Shown here: positions 59,171 through 64,000 of the stretch, piece by piece
How the letters are laid out: each line of letters starts with the position of its first letter
Numbering within the stretch: position 1 is the first letter of the stretch
Source: Alphaproteobacteria bacterium
GTDB taxonomy: Bacteria; Pseudomonadota; Alphaproteobacteria; CALKHQ01
Assembly: GCA_965227515.1 (NCBI GenBank)
Contig: CBDDFZ010000001.1
Span: 768,001 to 832,000 of the forward strand
DNA length: 64,000 nt
Direction: 5' to 3'
Notes under the pieces: generated by a model
Databases searched by the model: none
The model's input: only the letters and a program-made list of their open reading frames with translations
What the model was told of the DNA's origin: nothing
Position numbers and translations under genes: made by a program

Positions 59171-59258
59171 CGTAGCCTGGGTGGAGCGCAACAGAACCCG
59201 GGTCTGACTGGCACAGGACCCTTGTCCCCGGGTTTCGTTTCACTTCGCCCGGGCTACG
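59171..59258. repeat. Intact (empty) GTAG-type REP dyad
   Basis: cgtagcctgggtggagcgcaacagaacccggg ... cccgggtttcgtttcacttcgcccgggctacg, between convergent genes. Confidence 0.9.
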
Positions 59259-59270
59259 ACTGGAGCGCGT

Positions 59271-59975
59271 TCAATCGCGCAAGCCGTCGCGCAACCATGC
59301 GGTGACGCGGCGCCTCAGGTCCGGGTCGCCGCCCAGCCGGGCTGCGAAATCCTCCAGCGCGTGGTCCGGCGCGAAATGGCCGGCGACCCGGCGCAGGATG
59401 TCGGCGGTCGTCGATTGCGGCGTCGTGCGGCCCTCGGCGATAACGGCGGCCAGCGCCACGGGCGCGCCGCCTGCTTGCAGAATGTCCCCGCCGCCCAGAT
59501 AGGCCTGGGCCTCGGCACGCTGTACGCCATCCGTGGTGGTGACAGACCCGACCGGCAACGCGGCGCGCTCATAGTTGCCGCCCTCGCTGGCATCCATCCG
59601 CTTGAGTTGGGCGGGCGACAGCCATGTCACCGCGACCCGCACGGTCACGCTGGCGTGCTCGACGATGCGGGCGGGCACCGCGCCATAGCTGGTGATGCGG
59701 GCGGCATAGACCACGTCCCAGCCGGCCAGCTCCACCGGCTCGACCAGGATGCCGTCGTCGACGGGCAGGTCCGGGAATTTCAGGGCAAGCTGCTGCGGGG
59801 CGCGGTTGGACCCGTAGGCGACCACCGGCACCCGTCCGGCGCGGTGGGCCGCGATCTGGTCGGCCGCCTCCAACGCTTCCAATCCGCCGCCATGGTGCAG
59901 ATAGGCGTGGTCGGGTGCGCTGTAGGGGTAGTGGAGGGCGCGGACGACCGCATCGAACCGGCCGTGCACGCTCAA
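59271..59975 (-). CDS. Hypothetical protein, possibly gamma-glutamylcyclotransferase-like fold
   Basis: VAYGSN motif; MDASEG.NY. Confidence 0.55.
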   Translation of the reverse strand: MSVHGRFDAVVRALHYPYSAPDHAYLHHGGGLEALEAADQIAAHRAGRVPVVAYGSNRAPQQLALKFPDLPVDDGILVEPVELAGWDVVYAARITSYGAVPARIVEHASVTVRVAVTWLSPAQLKRMDASEGGNYERAALPVGSVTTTDGVQRAEAQAYLGGGDILQAGGAPVALAAVIAEGRTTPQSTTADILRRVAGHFAPDHALEDFAARLGGDPDLRRRVTAWLRDGLRD

Positions 59976-59978
59976 GTC

Positions 59979-61832
59979 CTATTCGTCGTCGCCACCGTCG
60001 CCGTCAGACTCGGCGTCGTCGCCTTCGCCCTCGTCCTCGGCTGCATCCGCCACCCGGGTCGGGTCGCAGCGCTGGGTGGAGATGTTGACCGCCACGTCCT
60101 GGGCGCCGAGATAGCTGGTCAGCGCATTGCTGGCGATGGCGTAGGAGACGTGGCCGACCTCATTGGCGTCGACGTTGATGAAAGTGTTGATGCCGACCAC
60201 CCGGCCGCAGCGGTCGACCAGCGGGCCGCCGCTGTTGCCGCTGGAAATGACGGCGGTGTGCGCCACCACCGGCAGGCCGCCGCGCAGGGTCTGCATCACG
60301 CTGACCTCGCCGCTGGTGATCGCCAGGTCCGGCATTGCCGACAGATCGCCGCCCAGAAGCAGGTTCATGTTCTGGTCGTTGAGCACGATCAGTGCAGGGA
60401 AGCCGGCGGAGACCACGCTGTCCAGCTTCTCGACCGAGGTGGTGAACGACAGCGTCGTCGCCACGTTGGCGCCCTGCACCCGCAGCAGCGCGAAATCGGG
60501 CGTGCCCGGCTCGTTGGTCTCGGTGCGCGCCACCACGGTCGCCTGGGCAAGATGGCCCAGCGCCTGGCTGGCGACGAAAATCTCGTTCGGGCGTGCGCTC
60601 GCGACGACGTGGCTGTTGGTGGCCAACAGATCGGGCGCGACCCAGAACGCGGTGCCCATCTCGAAACCGGTACCGCGCGGCGTGGTGATGACCAAGGCGG
60701 CGGCCGCCTCCAGCAGGTCGACCAGGGTGCCGCTGTGCACCGGGCCGGCAGCCCCTTCCGGCGGCACCACTGGCGTGGTGGTCACCGGGGGGCCGAGCGG
60801 ATCGGCGATGCTGCACACATCCTCGTCCAGCGCGTCGCGCAGCCGGGCGATCTGGTCCTCGAGCTGCTCGTTGATCGCCTGCTGCACGGCGACCAGTTCC
60901 TCGACCTCCTCGGTGGTCAGGTCGGTCTCGTCGCCCTCATCGGCATCGGCAAGCGCGCCGCCGTTGCCATCATTGCCGTTGCTGCCATCGGCCCCGCCGG
61001 TCTGGCCGGGTGGGGTGTTGTCGGCCACCTGCTCGGCGCCATTGCCGGCGAACTCGCGGAAGGCGAGCCACGCGGCAACGCCGATCAGCAGGATCACGGC
61101 GGCACTGAACGCCCAGAACCAGGGCTGGCGATGCCACGGCCGGCGCTCCACCGGCGGTGGAGGCGGCGGCGGGAACGCGCCCAGCGGTGCGGCACCCCCC
61201 GGTTGACCCGGCTGTGCGGCTTGTGCGGCACCAGCCCCCATGCCAGCGGCAGCGGCACCCCCGGCCACGGCGGCACCGGTCGCGATGCCCGCGGCACCGC
61301 GGCGGCGCCCGGTCGACGGAATGCCGTGCTTCGGACGCTCCGCGGTCTGGTAGCGGCCCAGGGTCGCCTGGAAGTGGCGCTGCTGCGCGTCGGGATCGTC
61401 GCCGACGGCGGCGGGGACGAAGCCCCAGTTGGTCAGCACCACCTCGCCGTCGATGTAGTAGATGTCGGACTCGCCCGGCACCATCGTCGCCTGGCGCAGC
61501 AGCGGCCCGACCTCGGGATCGCGATAGTACTTGCCTATCTTGGCCAGCCGGTCGGCGAGCTGCGCCTCGGCCGCCGCGCGCGCGGAGCCTTCCAGTTCGG
61601 CGAAACTGACCATGTCGCCGCGCTGCGCGCTGTACCAGGAGATCTTGTCGCCGATACCGCCGTGCTCCTGCGCCATCACCGGCTCGGCGAACATGGTCGC
61701 GGCATCCGGGCCCAGCTTCTTGGTCAGGAACGCCTTCATCTGCTCATAGGCGCGCACGGCCGGGCGCCCGGCGGCCTGAAGGGCGTGGACATCGACGGTG
61801 GATGTCTTGCGAACGATACGTGGGTCAGCCAT
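59979..61832 (-). CDS. Membrane-anchored trypsin-like serine protease with SrfA-like N-terminal domain
   Basis: TNSHVV / DFALL / GNSGGP triad; single TM; N-terminal ISWY...VLTNWGF. Confidence 0.8.
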   Translation of the reverse strand: MADPRIVRKTSTVDVHALQAAGRPAVRAYEQMKAFLTKKLGPDAATMFAEPVMAQEHGGIGDKISWYSAQRGDMVSFAELEGSARAAAEAQLADRLAKIGKYYRDPEVGPLLRQATMVPGESDIYYIDGEVVLTNWGFVPAAVGDDPDAQQRHFQATLGRYQTAERPKHGIPSTGRRRGAAGIATGAAVAGGAAAAGMGAGAAQAAQPGQPGGAAPLGAFPPPPPPPVERRPWHRQPWFWAFSAAVILLIGVAAWLAFREFAGNGAEQVADNTPPGQTGGADGSNGNDGNGGALADADEGDETDLTTEEVEELVAVQQAINEQLEDQIARLRDALDEDVCSIADPLGPPVTTTPVVPPEGAAGPVHSGTLVDLLEAAAALVITTPRGTGFEMGTAFWVAPDLLATNSHVVASARPNEIFVASQALGHLAQATVVARTETNEPGTPDFALLRVQGANVATTLSFTTSVEKLDSVVSAGFPALIVLNDQNMNLLLGGDLSAMPDLAITSGEVSVMQTLRGGLPVVAHTAVISSGNSGGPLVDRCGRVVGINTFINVDANEVGHVSYAIASNALTSYLGAQDVAVNISTQRCDPTRVADAAEDEGEGDDAESDGDGGDDE

Positions 61833-61940
61833 CGCCGGGACGACCTTTCAATGAGTAGTCAGTCTATTTTGCCGCGTGGGGCCGGACGATGGTCAAGGAA
61901 TATGGTGGGAATGAGGCGCCAAGTACCCTGACTGACAAGC

Positions 61941-62023
61941 CTGCACCAGCCCTCTCCCCCACCCGACCGCCCGCTGAGCATACTGTCGTCGGGTGGCCGG
62001 GTGGGGGAGAGGGCCGGCGCCGA
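61941..62023. repeat. Large hairpin repeat (same family as 38455-38536)
   Basis: ctgcaccagccctctcccccacccg...gggtggccgggtgggggagagggccggcgccga. Confidence 0.85.
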
Positions 62024-62125
62024 TTTCGTGATTGCAACAGGCAATCAATGCGAAGCGTCACCAACGCTTGAGCGGTGCCCGGTTCACCCGTAGTTTGCCG
62101 CAAACAGTAGGCGCAAGGAAACACC

Positions 62126-63883
62126 ATGGCAGATCGCGATCCGCAAACCCCCTCCCGCACCCGGTTGCAGCCGGAACAACTGCGCAGCCACCGCTGGTAC
62201 GGGGTGAAGGACCTGCGGTCGTTCGGCCACCGCTCGCGCACCAAGCAGATGGGCTTCGCCGCCGCAGACTATGCCGGGAAGCCGGTTATCGGCATCGTCA
62301 ACACGTGGTCCGACATCAATTCCTGCCATTCCCACTTCCCGCAGCGGGTGCAGGAGATCAAACGCGGCGTGTGGCAGGCCGGCGGCTTCCCCATCGAGCT
62401 GCCGGCAATGTCGCTCGGCGAGCCGTTCGTGAAGCCGACGACCATGCTCTATCGCAACTTCCTGGCGATGGAGACCGAGGAACTGCTGCGCTGCCACCCG
62501 ATTGACGGCGTGGTGCTGATGGGCGGCTGCGACAAGACCACGCCGGCGCTGTTGATGGGTGCCGCCTCGATGAACCTGCCGACGATCTATTTCCCGGCCG
62601 GGCCGATGCTGCGGGGCAACTGGCGCGGCAACACCCTGGGCAGCGGGTCGGACGTCTGGAAGTACTGGGCCGAGCTGCGCGCCGGCAACATCGACGAGGA
62701 CGAGTGGGCGGAGATCGAGGACGGCATCGCCCGCGCGCCGGGCACCTGCATGACCATGGGCACGGCGGCGACCATGATGTCGCTGGCCGATGCGCTGGGC
62801 ATCACCTTGCCGGGCCTGTCGTCGGTGCCCGCCGCCGACAGCCGCCACGCCCAGGGCGCCTCCATGACTGGGCGGCGGATCGTCGACATGGTGTGGGAGG
62901 ATGTGAAGGCGCGCGACATCCTGACCGCCGCCGCGTTCCGCAACGCGATCACCGTCGACATGGCCATCGGCGGGTCGACCAACGCCATCATCCACCTGAT
63001 GGCGATGGCGGGGCGCGCCGGGGTCGACCTGAAGCTCGACGACTTCGACGCCATCAGCCGCACCACGCCGCTGCTGGGCAATGTGCGCCCTTCCGGCAAG
63101 TACCTGATGGAGGACTTCTACTATGCCGGCGGCATCTCCGCGCTGATGAAGCAGCTCGGCGACGCGCTCGACCTCTCCTGCCGCACCGTGAACGGCAAGA
63201 CGCTGGGCGAGAACATCGCCCGCGCCGAGGTGTGGGAGGAGGACGTGATCCGCACCCCCGACCGCGCCATGGGCAAGGAGGGCGGCACCGCCATCCTGCG
63301 CGGCAACCTCGCCCCCGACGGTGCGGTGATCAAGCAGTCGGCGGCCGAACCGCACCTGCTGACCCACACCGGCCCGGCGGTGGTGTTCAAGGACTACAAC
63401 GACATGGCCGCGCGCATCGACAGCGACGACCTGGACGTGACGCCGGACAGCGTGCTGGTGCTGCAGTCGGCCGGTCCGCTGGGCGGCCCCGGCATGCCCG
63501 AATGGGGCCAGCTGCCGATCCCGCGGAAGATCCTGAAGCAGGGCGTGCGCGACATGGTGCGGATTTCCGACGCGCGGATGAGCGGTACGTCATACGGCAC
63601 CTGCGTGCTGCACGTGGCGCCGGAGAGCTTCGTCGGCGGGCCGCTGGCGCTGGTGCAAGACGGCGACATGATCACGCTTGACGTGCCGAACCGCGCGCTG
63701 ACGCTAAACATCAGCGACGAGGAGCTGCAGGCGCGCAAGGCGGCCTGGACCGCCCCGCCGCGCCAGTACCCGCGCGGCTATGGCGCCCTGTTCTCGCAGC
63801 ACGTGACCCAGGCCAACCAGGGCTGCGACTTCGACTTCCTGCACGAGACCGAGGAGGCCGTCACGGAACCGGAGATTCATTAG
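62126..63883 (+). CDS. IlvD/Edd-family sugar-acid dehydratase (L-arabinonate dehydratase-like)
   Basis: GGCDKTTP; CMTMGTA; GGSTNA; [11 protein letters not shown]; C-terminal PEIH. Confidence 0.9.
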   Translation: MADRDPQTPSRTRLQPEQLRSHRWYGVKDLRSFGHRSRTKQMGFAAADYAGKPVIGIVNTWSDINSCHSHFPQRVQEIKRGVWQAGGFPIELPAMSLGEPFVKPTTMLYRNFLAMETEELLRCHPIDGVVLMGGCDKTTPALLMGAASMNLPTIYFPAGPMLRGNWRGNTLGSGSDVWKYWAELRAGNIDEDEWAEIEDGIARAPGTCMTMGTAATMMSLADALGITLPGLSSVPAADSRHAQGASMTGRRIVDMVWEDVKARDILTAAAFRNAITVDMAIGGSTNAIIHLMAMAGRAGVDLKLDDFDAISRTTPLLGNVRPSGKYLMEDFYYAGGISALMKQLGDALDLSCRTVNGKTLGENIARAEVWEEDVIRTPDRAMGKEGGTAILRGNLAPDGAVIKQSAAEPHLLTHTGPAVVFKDYNDMAARIDSDDLDVTPDSVLVLQSAGPLGGPGMPEWGQLPIPRKILKQGVRDMVRISDARMSGTSYGTCVLHVAPESFVGGPLALVQDGDMITLDVPNRALTLNISDEELQARKAAWTAPPRQYPRGYGALFSQHVTQANQGCDFDFLHETEEAVTEPEIH

Positions 63884-63908
63884 GTCCGATTCCGCCTGAA
63901 CGAGTTGG

Positions 63909-64000
63909 CCCTCACCCTCCCGTCCGGCCTTGCCGGCCGGGCCCCTCCCTCTCCCACTGCACGGGAGAGGGGTTGGAGGGCCGCCCTTCGCCCTCTCCCC
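63909..64000. repeat. CCCTC(A/T)CC-type hairpin repeat(s), truncated by window end
   Basis: ccctcaccctcccg...cgggcccctccctctccc...gggagagggg, then ccctctcccc. Confidence 0.65.

Overview
High-GC alphaproteobacterial chromosomal window (Rhodospirillales-like by gene content; inference). It is mostly housekeeping and accessory metabolism: sseA-alaX-cysK-nudF, sugar and peptide ABC transporters, ligAB, BCCT and TRAP transporters, an fbaB-thiE-SDR-efp-suhB block, a MotA/MotB-like pair and an IlvD/Edd dehydratase. The standout is two non-identical copies of an IS110-family (IS1111-like) element (15623-17053 +, 39773-41194 -), each inserted at the same AG/CT core of a GTAG-type REP arm, with an empty REP dyad at 59171-59258. 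Their ~270-bp right ends contain four short segments matching both sides of the target and both sides of the donor junction, as expected for a bridge/seekRNA. A single guide base differs between the copies exactly as their target sites differ. Other notable items: a 7TM-DISM kinase/NarL pair beside two small lipoprotein genes sharing an upstream palindrome, a 1254-aa coiled-coil MotB/OmpA-like protein, an SrfA-like/trypsin fusion, a DppC with a large acidic insertion, a low-GC islet and a modular hairpin repeat family. All calls were made by eye from sequence motifs; no database searches were run.
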